DNA of 63,472 nt, the filler included, from Folioceros fuciformis (taxonomy: Eukaryota), in the NCBI GenBank assembly GCA_049999805.1. It is 7 parts of 7 records of this genome, joined end to end, with 100 filler letters (N's around TTAATTAATTAA, not from the genome) between each part and the next. Parts side by side here need not be neighbours in the genome. Positions count along the whole stretch, not along the records: positions 1 to 6,003 come from JBNGIO010000992.1; positions 6,104 to 20,315 come from JBNGIO010000993.1; 5 more parts are not named here. The stretch is one strand, 5' to 3'. The notes under the pieces are model-generated. The model made no database searches. It was not told where the DNA came from and was given only the letters and a program-made list of their open reading frames with translations. The position numbers and the translations under genes were made by a program. Shown in pieces: positions 1 to 13,700 of this stretch. Every line of letters begins with the position of its first letter. Position 1 is the first letter of the stretch.

Positions 1-2894
1 GCAGCCTGTGGCCAACGGAGTTGAGAAGAAATCGCAGCATCAAGCGCATCGCAGCAGCGACAGCAGCTCGGAGGAGGAGGAGGGGCATGATGTCTCCAAC
101 GGTCTCGCCAATGCTGCTCCTCCTGCTGCTCGTAAGCGCAGCACCTCGCGGGAGCGCACTGCTAATGGGCAGGGCCGCAAGCCTCCTCCATCCGAGTACC
201 AGAATCAGCCGGCCGTGCACAATGTGGCTGTCACCTACTTCACGATGCTGACCCTGTTGGCCCTCTGCCCGCCGGCAGTCATCTGCCTGTGGGTGTCCTC
301 GATCCGCTGCTGGATGTTATTTTTTTTCTGGAGCACTGCCTTGTTGGCGGAATGCGGGGAGCAAATTTTGAAGGGTGGCTATGCCCGTGCTCGTGACTGT
401 ACCTGAACTCTTGCCTACTGCTCCTCTCACTTGCAGGTGGTACACTGTCGATCATCTTGACGGTTCTCTGTACAACCTCTTCTCTTTGATGCAAAAGCAT
501 GGCGTGTTGGACACCATTATCAAGATTTGGCCCCGTCCAACTGCGACAGCAGCCGGCCTCATTCTTGCTTTCGCTGCATTTGAGGCCATCCTGCTGGTTG
601 CTCTACCTGGGAAACGATTTCTGGGTCCGGTTTCTCCTGCGGGCTACCGTCCTGTTTACAAGGTATGGGCATTTCCTGTAGATGGCGGATTTTCCTTTTC
701 TTGTACGCATGCCCACTTCTGCAAGTTCCTGGACATTTTGTACGGCATCCCTGCATGCCACGAGCTGAACGGTATTACTTGACTTGGTCTCATGAGCAGG
801 ATAATGGATTATTGGCCTACGTTGTTACGATCGTTACTTATTTGGCAATCTGGAAGTAAGCTACCGACCTGGTCCTCCGTAGTTCAAATATGCTGCTGCC
901 AAGTTTCTTCTGTGTTGCCATTTCACAGCCACAGCATCTAAGTATATGTGCAGGATGGGATGGTTCAACCCTGCAATTGTGTACGATCACCTGGGGCCCA
1001 TATTCTCTTCACTGATATTTGGAAGTTTTTTCTTCTGCGTATTTCTGTACTTCAAAGTACGCTTGCCCCAGCCCAGGTTCGATTGAGCATAATCACATTT
1101 TCTAATTTTTGATCTGAAACTAGTTTCTCTTGTTCGTTGCCTCTGCCAGGGACATGTGTCTCCTTCGTCTGCTGATTGGGGCTCTTCAGGCAACATTGTG
1201 GTCGATTTCTTCTGGGTATGCTGGACATCTTGTTTACTCTTCATTGGCGTTTTGTCTTGATGGTCGAGCCTAATAGGGTCGCTCTACGTTTTCTGAGATG
1301 AGGTCAGCAATCATGTCATGATACTGCCGTTTTGAACCTGCGTTACCAGGGAATGGAGCTGTACCCACGAATAGGAAAGACGTTTGACATCAAAGTCTTC
1401 ACAAATTGCCGGTTTGGGATGATGGGCTGGGCCGTCTTGGTGCTCAGCTACTGCGTGAAGCAGGTAAGGATTTTCCTTGCTGTTTCTCTAGCATTGTCAA
1501 ATCTTGTGTTTGGATGTTTTCTTGATATGTATCTACACTGATACTGAATACCTTGGAGATGGTTTCCTGTCACAGCAAAGCATTCATGGACGCATATCAG
1601 ACTCCATGCTTATCAGTGCTGGGCTCATGCTCATCTACATCACCAAGTTCTTTGTTTGGGAGACAGGGTACCTTGGCAGTATGGATATTGCTCATGATCG
1701 GGGTGCGTGCAGGATTGTGCAGGCCATTTGCTCCTAGTATTTGTGTATCTTGTTTCTCTGTATCATGACTCTTTCAGATCAGAATCTGCAGTGATCGGTT
1801 TCACCCTGATCCGTTTTGACTTGTTTCATGCAGCCGGTTTCTACATATGTTGGGGTTGTCTCGTTTGGGTGCCTTCTGTTTACACCTCTCCTGCCATGTA
1901 TCTTGTGAAGCATCCTGTTATCTTAGGAGCACCAGTACGTTTTGCAGTGAATTCTGTTCGTCTTCTTTTTCAGACAGGTCCATAGTCTTTCATTGTGTCC
2001 TCTGCTCACTCTGGACTTCGTATTCCATCCATGCAGTACAACTGGGCAATATTTCTGGCTGGCGTGTTGTGCATTTACATCAATTACGATTGTGATCGGC
2101 AACGCCAGGTTTTTAGGAGAACTCAAGGGAGGAGTAAAATCTGGGGCAAGGTTCCTTCGAAGGTCTGCTGAAGTTAAAGCGCTGGGAATTGCAGTTTGTG
2201 TTGTCAATCAGTTCTGGATCCCGCCACACTAAGAGCCGTTGCTGCTTTGATAAATGTTGGGTTTGCTCTCTTCCAGATATTCGCTTCGTACATCACCGAA
2301 AGGGGGGAATCGAAGTCCAGTTTGTTGCTGACATCTGGCTGGTATATTTCCCTTGGATCGCTGGACTGCATGGAAGAGGGACATGCCTTTGTCGCTACTG
2401 CATTAACCATGAGTTGCTTGCTGGCAGGTGGGGTGTAGCTCGGCATTTTCACTATGCTCCCGAAATCGCTGCGGCATTTTTCTGGTCACTGCCAGCACAG
2501 TTTGTACACGTAAGTTGTTATGTCAAAGGTGTCTTTTTCATGCCAATAGCGTGCTTTCCTCCCTATTCACAGCTTTCCTTTTACTTTTTTAAAAATAAAA
2601 GGGGAAGCTTTATGTCTCTCGTTTCTAACGACGTGTGATTCGCGACAGTTCATACCCTATTTCTACGTAGTGTTCTTGACAATTTTATTATTCGACCGAG
2701 CTGTAAGAGATGATGCGCGATGTCGAGCCAAGTAAGTCCTGGCCGAATGTTTTGCATTGTTTGACGCCGCTTTTCGCTGTCCCTTCTCTGAAATTTCATT
2801 TTCTCCTTGCTTGTCCTTTGTGTCCAGGTACACCAAGTATTGGGAATTGTACTGCCGTCGCGTACCATATAGGATAATCCCTGGTGTATATTAG
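1..2894 (+). CDS. DWF5: 7-dehydrocholesterol (sterol delta-7) reductase, multi-exon; 5' end lies upstream of the window
   Basis: Spliced exons give IWPRPT, GPVSPAGYRPVYK, FNPAIVYDHLG, GMELYPRIGKTFDIKVFTNCRFGMMGW, MDIAHDRAGFYICWGCLVWVPSVYTSP, LLTSGWWGVARHFHY and YRIIPGVY-stop (TAG 2892-2894), matching plant DWF5. Junctions are GT-AG. Confidence 0.96.
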
Positions 2895-3412
2895 CTTTAA
2901 TTTTTGCTTATTCAGAAGTCTGGTAAGACGTAGTCAGGGAGTACGAAATGTGCTTTGCTCAGTGGTCTGGGCGAGCAAAGTAAACGGGTTGTCAACACCT
3001 TAGTTGAAGTTTTCGGCGAAGGCGCTATCCTTGTTTTCCTTTCTGACCGCGAAGATTTTGCCTTTAGAACATGTGTAGACAAAGAACATCCATAAGCTAA
3101 ACCAAGAAATTTCACCTTTCCCAGTTGAACGTGTCTAGCATCCGTTAGATAAGAATCCGGTCAATCCTACCCTTCAAAACTTTCTGGTCAAGGGAAGTTT
3201 AAATCACACCGCATCCGGCTTCGATAACCATGCCCAATCAAGCACATTTTCTGCAGTAGACTAAACCTATCACCAATTACTTAAATACCTTATGGACTCC
3301 CTTCGCCTGAGTTGTTTTGCACAATGGTTCTTCTGGAAGAATCACAAACTCCGGGCCCATTCAAAAGGGTAGACCACGATCCATCTGCTTGCCCAACAAA
3401 ACACTTCATGCT

Positions 3413-5707
3413 TCATGCTCTGTGATCTGGAGACCGTGAACGTCGACGAAAATGATGTCGAGGGGGTGACCCTGGTTTCACAGGGGATCGTGATCGAGTG
3501 TACCTTCGATCCCGCTCTCTATCGCGTCCCCAGTCCCGATCTCTTCCTCCACGACCTCGATCACGATCCCTGTCCCGATGCCAATCTCTGTCTCTATCTC
3601 TGTACCTTTCCCGTTGTTCCCTGTCCCTGTCACGCTCCCTCTCCTTATCATGGTCTTTCTCCTTATCACGTTCTTTGTCTCTGTCACGTTCTCTGTCCTT
3701 CTCCTTCACAGAGCCGTTGTCCTTCAAACGCTCAGTTTCTTTCTCCTTTTCCCTCTGCTTCCTCTTCTCCTCAAGGTCTTTCTCTCTTGCCACCCTTTCT
3801 TCCTCTCGGGCTTTATCTTTCCGACTCTGTGAAAATAGCCAGATCCAAGGCTAGAACAATGAACACGAATGGAACAACACACCAGGACAGCAGCCAACAA
3901 AACCAAAAAAAATTAACTGCCATACCTTGAACTCGACTAGGTAATCACGGACTAGGCCAAATCCTACGTGTTGTTTCCCAGTCATGTGCGATTGGGTGCG
4001 TTCAGTAGCATCATTAGCCACCAAAAATGATCCACATATCTCACAGAGAGCCATTTTCTTTTCTTGGGAAAGTATCAAACCTCGCTCTGTGGAAGCTAGT
4101 TGCATCACAACTAGCTTCTCAGCATTCAGGGCATCCACCTAGACCATGCACGTTCAATAACAACGTGTTACGGCCAGCGAAGAAGATAGGAATCCATCCC
4201 GAACAAATCAACAATCAAGCATAATGCACAATATACCTTCTTCATCAGTGCTTGAGCCTCATCCACCTTGCCTTCCTCGCCCAGATTCTCACTCTGTTCT
4301 AAAAGCTTCTTAATTTTCTCTTCTATAGTGCCGAGTTGCTCTTGCTTCTCGTTTGATATAGGGACCAGAGATGCTAGATCGACATCTTGGGCCAAACGTT
4401 CACGACCCCGCCTCACCTTGCGGTCAAGATCTTGCACCTGACAATACCAATTAGTGCATACTTACAAGGCTCAAGTCTAAACACAGCTACAGACTTGCGA
4501 AAGTGAATAGATCTGTGCGAAATTGAGCTATTCATGTTCAAGTATGAACCCACCAACTTCTCACAAAATTGGGCCAGCTCCGCTTCAAACCTCGGCACGT
4601 ACAATTCATGCCGCTTGGATTGTTCGTAACTGCAGATGCAAGAAGAGCAAGAGCTGAATCAAAATGAGAAGACTTCACGGATGCTAGAGCATGGCACATG
4701 TTACTCCCTCGAGACACCACTCTTTGACCCGCCACTCTTTGCGAGTAGGAGATTCGCAATTAAGTAGCCTACAGTAATCGAACACAGACTATTTCCCTCC
4801 AAGTCGTAAGCATACAGCAAGGCATCTACAAAGTTTGCTTGCTCTGCCTATCACTGGTAGATCCATCACCCTTTTTAGGTTGTACATCAGCATTAAAACG
4901 TGGCCTTCTTACTCAAGGTAGTCACCTTTCCTTAAGCTTTGGATCGTGAATCTTTGAACACGGTCCTGTCATCAATAATAAAGTCGGTGAGTACCCAGAG
5001 CACATGGAACCTTCTTAAGCACAAAGAGTTCACCTTCCTCAGACAAGTCTTGCAGAAACTCGGCTCCTCACCTAAATCGCTCTTCGTGTTGACAAATAAG
5101 TCGTGAGGGCAAAACCGAACAAGATAGCAGCCGCAAACTTCTTTGTCATCCCATCGTACTTCTCTGTGAGCTTTCTTTTCCTCGTCAGTTAAGTTCCGGG
5201 CTGCCAGCGGAAGAAAGCAAAACAAGGTCACGCGCATGAACCTCAGCCTTCAGCCAGACAGTTTGCACAGTACACCGCACAGCCATTTGCAAGCCCGATA
5301 CACAGAAAAGACAACATTTACAAACATCTCGAGAACGAACGGGGACTTGACCTAACGGAGGGGACTTCACAGACAACCGAAGCACACGTCTCAGGTTTTG
5401 CCGCTGCCATGATGACCTAATCCTTATCTACATTCCAAGCGACTGACTAGAAGGCTAGAGAAGTCAGACGGACAGGCCCACGTTTAACCAATTGCTGGGG
5501 CCAATCAAGCAATGAGAATAGTGGCGACCCCCGTCGTTCAAGCGACAACAACCGTCTTGCCTGCGGTGGGGATACTAGTTAACCACAATGGGTGGATTTC
5601 TCCGGGCAGAGCCTCAGCAAACCATTCACGCTTACACAGTGGCACAGGGAATCTGCTTTACCAGTGCCCATTAGCTCGTCCAGCAATGCCCTCTGCGCCT
5701 CCACCAT
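3413..5707 (-). CDS. LUC7: LUC7-like U1 snRNP-associated splicing factor with C-terminal RE/RD/RS domain, multi-exon
   Basis: First exon MVEAQRALLDELMGT (ATG at 5707), then RNLTDEEKK..WDDKEVCGCYLVRFCPHDLFVNTKSDLG (ZnF1), KMALCEICGSFLVANDATERTQSHMTGKQH (ZnF2) and an RS-rich tail. Confidence 0.95.
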
Positions 5708-6003
5708 TTTGCCAGTCCCCGCTCCAGCGTGGACAGTCGATCAGCCCGGGCGGCTGTTGCACACTACCAAACCCAGGTTGCCTTTCCTGCAAGTGAGTGA
5801 ATCCTTTGCACGGTTCCAAGCGCCTTTCCCCCGGTCAATCAGCTAGCTAACCCGAACCTGCATCAGCCCTCAAAGAAGATGGACAAGCTCCTTGGAGAGC
5901 CCGTATATCATCTGCCGTGCTGGGGGTATCGCAGCCAAGAAAGCGCAATCATTCTTGCCCGCCCCCTCCCACGGCGTAGCAATTGGAACAGGCACAACTG
6001 ACA

Positions 6004-6103
6004 NNNNNNNNNNNNNNNNNNNNNNNNNNNNNNNNNNNNNNNNNNNNTTAATTAATTAANNNNNNNNNNNNNNNNNNNNNNNNNNNNNNNNNNNNNNNNN
6101 NNN
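6004..6103. other. Artificial contig spacer (N44-TTAATTAATTAA-N44)
   Basis: Identical 100-nt spacer containing a six-frame stop linker; it recurs six times in the window. Confidence 0.97.
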
Positions 6104-6323
6104 CTCCGACGGGGGGGGGGACTGGGGGTTTGATAGGACTGCGATTGAGACCATTTGTCATGGACTGGACTGAAACGCTACGGGGCAGAACACGCGTTTC
6201 CCTTATGACTCGTCCGCTTGAGTATGCCTATTGCCTTGAGCTTTTTAGCTCCGTTCTCATATGGCTCTGGCGATGACTCATGGGATTGCAGCTGTGGATG
6301 CTGGCTTGCTGGGTGCGTGCTAA

Positions 6324-8184
6324 ATGCCACAGGCGGAGGCAATGGGTTCCCCTTCCGTGAGTCCTGTCTCTCAGTGGTCTCCCGAGACCAAGGACAACAT
6401 GATGAGCACTCGGCTGATTAGCACAGTGCCTCCTGCAGAGAAGGCGTTTACGACTTCCGCTCCTCAGCCGATGGATGGCCTACAAAGCTCGGCTCCACCT
6501 CCTTTTCTGACTAAGACTTTCGACATGGTCGATGATCCTGCCACAGACGCGACTGTGTCTTGGAGCAACAGCAATAACAGTTTTATTGTGTGGAATCCTC
6601 CTGAGTTTGCGCGCGACCTTCTTCCCAAATACTTCAAGCACAACAATTTCTCAAGTTTTGTTCGACAGCTGAACACTTATGTAAGTTGAGAGCTGCCCTG
6701 TCCAGTGAGATAGCCACGCCCCATTTCCCCCTCATGAAGAAGTTACAGCAGATGCAATGTTCTTGTGGTGAGGGTTTCGTTGTGCCAGGCTGCTAATCCC
6801 TATCCAGTTTTCTGCCACGTCCGGAATGTACGTGTCTTAAAGCTCTGGGTATTGTAGGGTTTTCGCAAGGTAGATCCAGACCGGTGGGAATTTGCGAATG
6901 AAGGATTCTTGCGTGGGCAGAGACACCTTCTAAAAAACATTCACCGCCGGAAACCGGTATCTCATGGTCAACCGCAGCAGCAGCAACAGTCTCAAAGCTC
7001 AAGTGTAGGGGCGTGCGTGGAGGTCGGGAAGTTTGGGTTGGAAGGCGAAATTGAAAGATTAAAGCGTGACAAGAACGTCCTCATGCTGGAACTAGTGAGA
7101 TTGCGCCAGCAACAGCAATCAACAGAAAGGGAGCTACAGGTGATCGTCTGATCGGGTGCTTACTGCATTGCAATTTGTTTACGTCCCGTAGAGTGGAAAA
7201 CTCTTTTTCTCAGGTGAGCTGCGGTGCTTTTCTGAAGTACTTTCGTGATCTCCTACAATTGTCATTGTCCTGCAGGTCATGGGGCAACGGCTGCAAGTAA
7301 CAGAACAACGGCAGCAACAGATGATGTCCTTTTTAGCTAAAGCCATGCAAAACCCTACGTTTCTTGCCCAACTTGTGCATCAGAATGAGACCAACAAGAG
7401 GCTTGCAGCCAGGAAGAAGAGACGATTACCTAAGCAGGAAGTTGATGGTGAATCAGGTGACAATGGGGCCCAAAACGACGGTCAGATAGTCAGGTATCAG
7501 CCTGGCTCGAACGACGCACGGGCTATACTTTTGCAGTTCTTTAACTCCTCTGAGAGTAACAAAGTCGAGGCAAGCAACTCATTGGAAGCGTTATTTCGAG
7601 ACTTGGGCACCTCAGGGGAACAGATGCAGGAAAGTCGGCAGTCAGGCGTGACCCTAACTGAGATGCATGTACCTCCGTCCGGGCCAGAAACACTAGTTAA
7701 TCAAACAGGCAATGAATTTGTGGGGGATTCCCAATTCCACCTCTCTCATCCATCGCCACGAACAGTTCAGTTGCCTACCATCAGTGTGGATGCGGATAAT
7801 GCCATATGTTCTCCAGAACTGGAGACTGCTACTTTTGAGGATTCTGGGATAGGCTTAAAGCTGAGAGAATCCAATGGGGATGCAATGGCTTTGGAGTTAG
7901 GTCTTGATGGTGATGTGAATACGTATTCCCCTGAAGCAGAGGTGAGTACCACAGCCGACAGTGTAGTTGTAGGCTCTGCTGTGAATGACGTATTTTGGGA
8001 GCAGTTCTTGTCTGGAAGTACGGCCGAGTCACCTGGTACAGAGCCAGAGGCAGAAGATATGCCAGATCCCCTTGACCATGGAGACATTGCCGGAGGTGTT
8101 GGCGAGCCATGGCTGTACAGTAAGCCAAGCGTAGATCAACTCGCGGAGCAGATGGGTCAACTGGCACCCGTTCTAAAGCCCTGA
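6324..8184 (+). CDS. HSFA1: Heat shock transcription factor class A (HsfA1-like), 3 exons (6324/6342-6680, 6858-7139, 7276-8184)
   Basis: DNA-binding domain [54 protein letters not shown] with the conserved DBD intron; class-A HR-A/B with insert; [14 protein letters not shown] motif [13 protein letters not shown]-like LAEQMGQL. The start codon is uncertain. Confidence 0.93.
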
Positions 8185-9926
8185 TGTATCTAGTAACAAT
8201 GGGATCATTCTGTATCGGTCTGTGCCCAAGGGCTTCCCGTGGTAAATGCCTGATATGTCTGTTGGTTTTGAGCTTCTGCGACCCAGATTCTACGTATTTG
8301 GTGGGGTATCACTATGTTGGGAATCTGTGAGTTGATAGAGAAGGCCATTTACAAGTTTATTGTGGGTATCCATCTTCTTTCTGATGAAGCTGAAGGTAAA
8401 AGGTTCTAGTGCTGCTGCTGATTGCGTGTAGCTGGAGACTTTCGATGTGGTGCAGTTGCTTCTGTACTAGAATCATCACCTCTTTACTAGGCATTCCATG
8501 CGCTAAGACTATTTTTCCTTGTATAAGAGTGCATGAAAATTTGCACTATGATATCGAACGTGGTCCGTCGCCGGGACTAGCTTGGGTACACTGATGAAGG
8601 TGACTGCATGACTATATAGGTGCCACCTCCTTTTTTCAGTAAGCCGACGATGACAAGCTTCCATTAGTCTAACCCATCATTGCTTTAAGCTTGAGGCCTT
8701 CGGGGTATTGCAGCTGGCTACTTACCGGTTGCCATTGGCTCTTTGGTTAGCATCTCCGTCGTGGCAGTACTGCTTTTGGATACAGGGGATGCTGATATAT
8801 GAGGGTCTGAAAACTTGCAGCACATCTGGGTCGTGTTCCACTCTAATAACAGCTTATGGAGATGGGTAAGGAAACGTGTGCAATGTATGAGACAGACTCG
8901 TTCACGCTGGTGAACAGTCTTACCCCTTTTGCGGATTGTATGTTCGTCATCGTGAGCTTGTTTTGGTGTTCCATATACTGAGCTGTAATGCTCTCCAGTG
9001 GGTCAAGTCGAGAAAAAAGGCCATTGAGAATGCGTAGCTGTGAATCGTTTTCCTGACAGCAGTTCGCGGTGGAAAGGTTCTTGTACCACCAACGCATCAC
9101 ATTTCCATGGGGTCTTGTGCTTAGTTTCAATTTTCAGAACAACGGTAGAGGCATCGTAGAATGCGGTCTGCTCAAAACTGTTCTCCTAGACATGGCCGGT
9201 CGCAAGTGAGATTGAAACGTGGATAGCAAGTAAAAGGTGTTCAGTCGCTAGGCATTTTCGCTGTATCGCGAGGGTGGCTAATGGCACTCAGGGTCGCCCT
9301 GCGGGCTACACGTCAAAATCAAATTAGGGTGGGTGAGATACGTCAAAGAGCCTTTAATGAGACGCAGTACGTTCGCTTTGCCAGGTCGTTTGTTGCGTCA
9401 AGGCTGCGGTAAAGCTGCAGTTCTTACAATTTCAATGATAAATTAGGTCGAACTGCGGGGCATAAGCGTCGAAAGCAGTTTAGAGCATGACGGTTGCAGT
9501 TTGATTCCTCTGCTCACTCGGCCACGCGGCAACCACCCAAACCGCGTTAGGGGAACCCACATCCTAGATCAGCAGAGGGCCTACAACCCAGATCCTACGG
9601 TTATGCACGGGCCATACACACACTACGATGCGCCGAAACCTTCAGGCACATTGTAGAGGTCCCTAATATCCACAGATCGACCCTGGAATCGGCTTAGGCC
9701 ACCTTTGGCATGTCACCCAGTAGACGTACCGTAGACCCCACTCCAACGAACCCAACCAGTGAGCCGAGGACGAGAGTTGCTCCAATTAAGAGTTGTAGTC
9801 ACTCCAGTGGATACCCATACGATAGTCCCAACCACTCGAATGCGCAGCCTTTAAGTCTAATATCCCGTCAAATTTCAGATAGGGGCACCAGGATAACATA
9901 GTTCAGAAATACCGAAACCATGAGGC

Positions 9927-11836
<1,910 letters not shown>

Positions 11837-12481
11837 CGCGGCCTTGGCCGGGAGAAGACGCGGCAGCACAATGGCGTGCCGTAGCGTTCGGAGCAACCGC
11901 GCCCTTTGTGTGCCCTTTGTCCCGTTGTCAGAACGCCATCGCAGTTTTAATCAAACCACGAACAGTCAACCGGACTGAGTCCTGGTCTGTGTTTGGGGGC
12001 CTGTTCAATCCCCCCTTCCGAGCAACTGGTGCATATGTAGCCTACAGATAAAATGTCACATTGGCAACTGCGCAATTGCGCACGAAGCTCACTCCAACAG
12101 TATCGACGTACGGCTGGAGGTTTACCATGCACCCGAGGGGTGATTCGTTGTCAAATAGTTAAATATTCATTGGAAACTGTTAAGTAGTTTAAAATCGCAT
12201 GAGGGACGATAACATGCAGGGGATGGGCTGGCAGATATGCAAGGGCTCGGAGGAAGCTCTTCGATTCATCGAAGAGCATACGCAAGGTGAGGAAGCTAAT
12301 CGCGTCAATCTCCACCCCTCCAGGTACGGGATAGAACAAAACTCACGGGATTCATACATGCACTATACAATGATGGCCCGTCGGCAAGATAATTCCACAG
12401 AAGTGCCCCTTGCCACACAACTCCACAGGTGGAGACAGGTGGAGTAAGAACAATCAGTGACATGCAAATCAAAAGTCCCCA

Positions 12482-12574
12482 GAGCCGGCAAGCAGCCTGG
12501 GCAGCCAGCAAGCAGCCTGAGGAGACAGCAAGCAGCCTGAGGAGCCAGCAAGCAGCCTGAGGAGCCAACAAGCA
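12482..12574. repeat. 20-bp tandem repeat (~4.5 copies, GGAGCCAGCAAGCAGCCTGA-like)
   Basis: Directly visible periodicity downstream of the Cgr1-like gene. Confidence 0.85.
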
Positions 12575-12718
12575 CACCGCCAGTTCATCGGAGGAAGGGT
12601 TTGAACCATTCAGCGATTGTGCGAACAGTAGCCGCAACGCGCTAGCAGCCAGCAAGTGCGTTCCCCTTTATCGGGCGGGGAACGGGGGGCAAAATCAGAA
12701 AATCAGACGGAGTTTTGA

Positions 12719-13249
12719 TTAATCAGCAACTTGTCTCAGCAATTTCCTCTGCTTTTTGGACATCTTCTTCAAGGTCTTCGGATTCGTAATCTTCTGCAAC
12801 ACGGTGCCGGATCGGAGCTCGTTCTCCTTCTTTCGCTTCAAACGCTCCTCCTTCAGCCGCCGTTTCTCCACCTTATTGGACCGAATTTGCTCCTTCAGCT
12901 CTTGCTTCCGAGCCAAGTAGGCTTTGCGCACCTGCCTCTCCCTGTCCCGCTCCGCCAGCGTCGATTTGCGGCCCGTCACATTCAGGGACGACGCCGGGGC
13001 GCTTTTGGCTTGCTTCCACTTCCTGCCGGAGATCTTGCCGGCCATGACCCCGTCGAAAGTAGGCTTGCCGAAGACGCGCTCATCCTTGCCGGTACCGACC
13101 GCCACCTTCCTGCTCTTGCTCCACTTCGCCTCCTCATCCTCGTCCACCTGCATGCCATCATTTTGAGGCTCCAGATCAGAGCGCTTCCTCTTGTTCTTCG
13201 GCCCGCCCAGGCCTTCGTACAAGCACCGGAAATCCACGGTGCTCTCCAT
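12719..13249 (-). CDS. Cgr1/CCDC86-family nucleolar rRNA-processing protein, single exon
   Basis: MESTVDFRCLYEGLGG, KPTFDGVMAGKISGRKWKQ, KEQIRSNKVEKRR and LQKITNPKTLKKMSKKQ; K/E/R-rich coiled coil as in plant Cgr1-like proteins. Confidence 0.85.
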   Translation of the reverse strand: MESTVDFRCLYEGLGGPKNKRKRSDLEPQNDGMQVDEDEEAKWSKSRKVAVGTGKDERVFGKPTFDGVMAGKISGRKWKQAKSAPASSLNVTGRKSTLAERDRERQVRKAYLARKQELKEQIRSNKVEKRRLKEERLKRKKENELRSGTVLQKITNPKTLKKMSKKQRKLLRQVAD

Positions 13250-13353
13250 GGGGATCCAGGCGCCAGTCCACCTCAAATCCTCGCGAAGGATCGACTTGTC
13301 CAGAACTGGTCCGGTTTTGTGCTGGGTCTACGTAAAATTTGGTCTCCTAGGTT

Positions 13354-13361
13354 TAGGGTTT
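13354..13361 (-). promoter_or_regulatory. Telo-box (AAACCCTA) upstream of the Cgr1-like gene, in the divergent Cgr1/SPP promoter
   Basis: TAGGGTTT about 105 bp upstream of the ATG; telo-boxes typify plant ribosome-biogenesis and translation genes. Confidence 0.55.
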
Positions 13362-13700
13362 TCATACCTACTTATGTAGCTATATAGGGTAACGCGTCGT
13401 GACAGTCCGTATTAAGAAACGCTGTCTGAGCTGGTTGTTGAGCGAGCTAGTAGGCGGATCGACCCGGGGAAGGGAAGGGAAGGAAAGGGAAAGGAAAGGA
13501 GCATGATCTGTCCGGCAGCGTTGCAACAATCGGGGCACTGTCTTTCCGTCTTGTAACGGCCTCATCCCAGCGTCAGCTTGCTGGCCATGCACTACATGGC
13601 TGCTCCGCTGCTGCGCCTTCACTCGTAAGCGGTGGTTTCAGGGAAGGATTGAAGATCACCGTCTGTGAGATTGCTGGCCCTTGTAGTAGTCATCAGCATC

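Noticed and set aside
8545-8600. Possible C/D-box snoRNA (ATGATA...CTGA)
   Set aside because: Box C is imperfect, and no rRNA-complementary guide or convincing terminal stem could be identified by eye.
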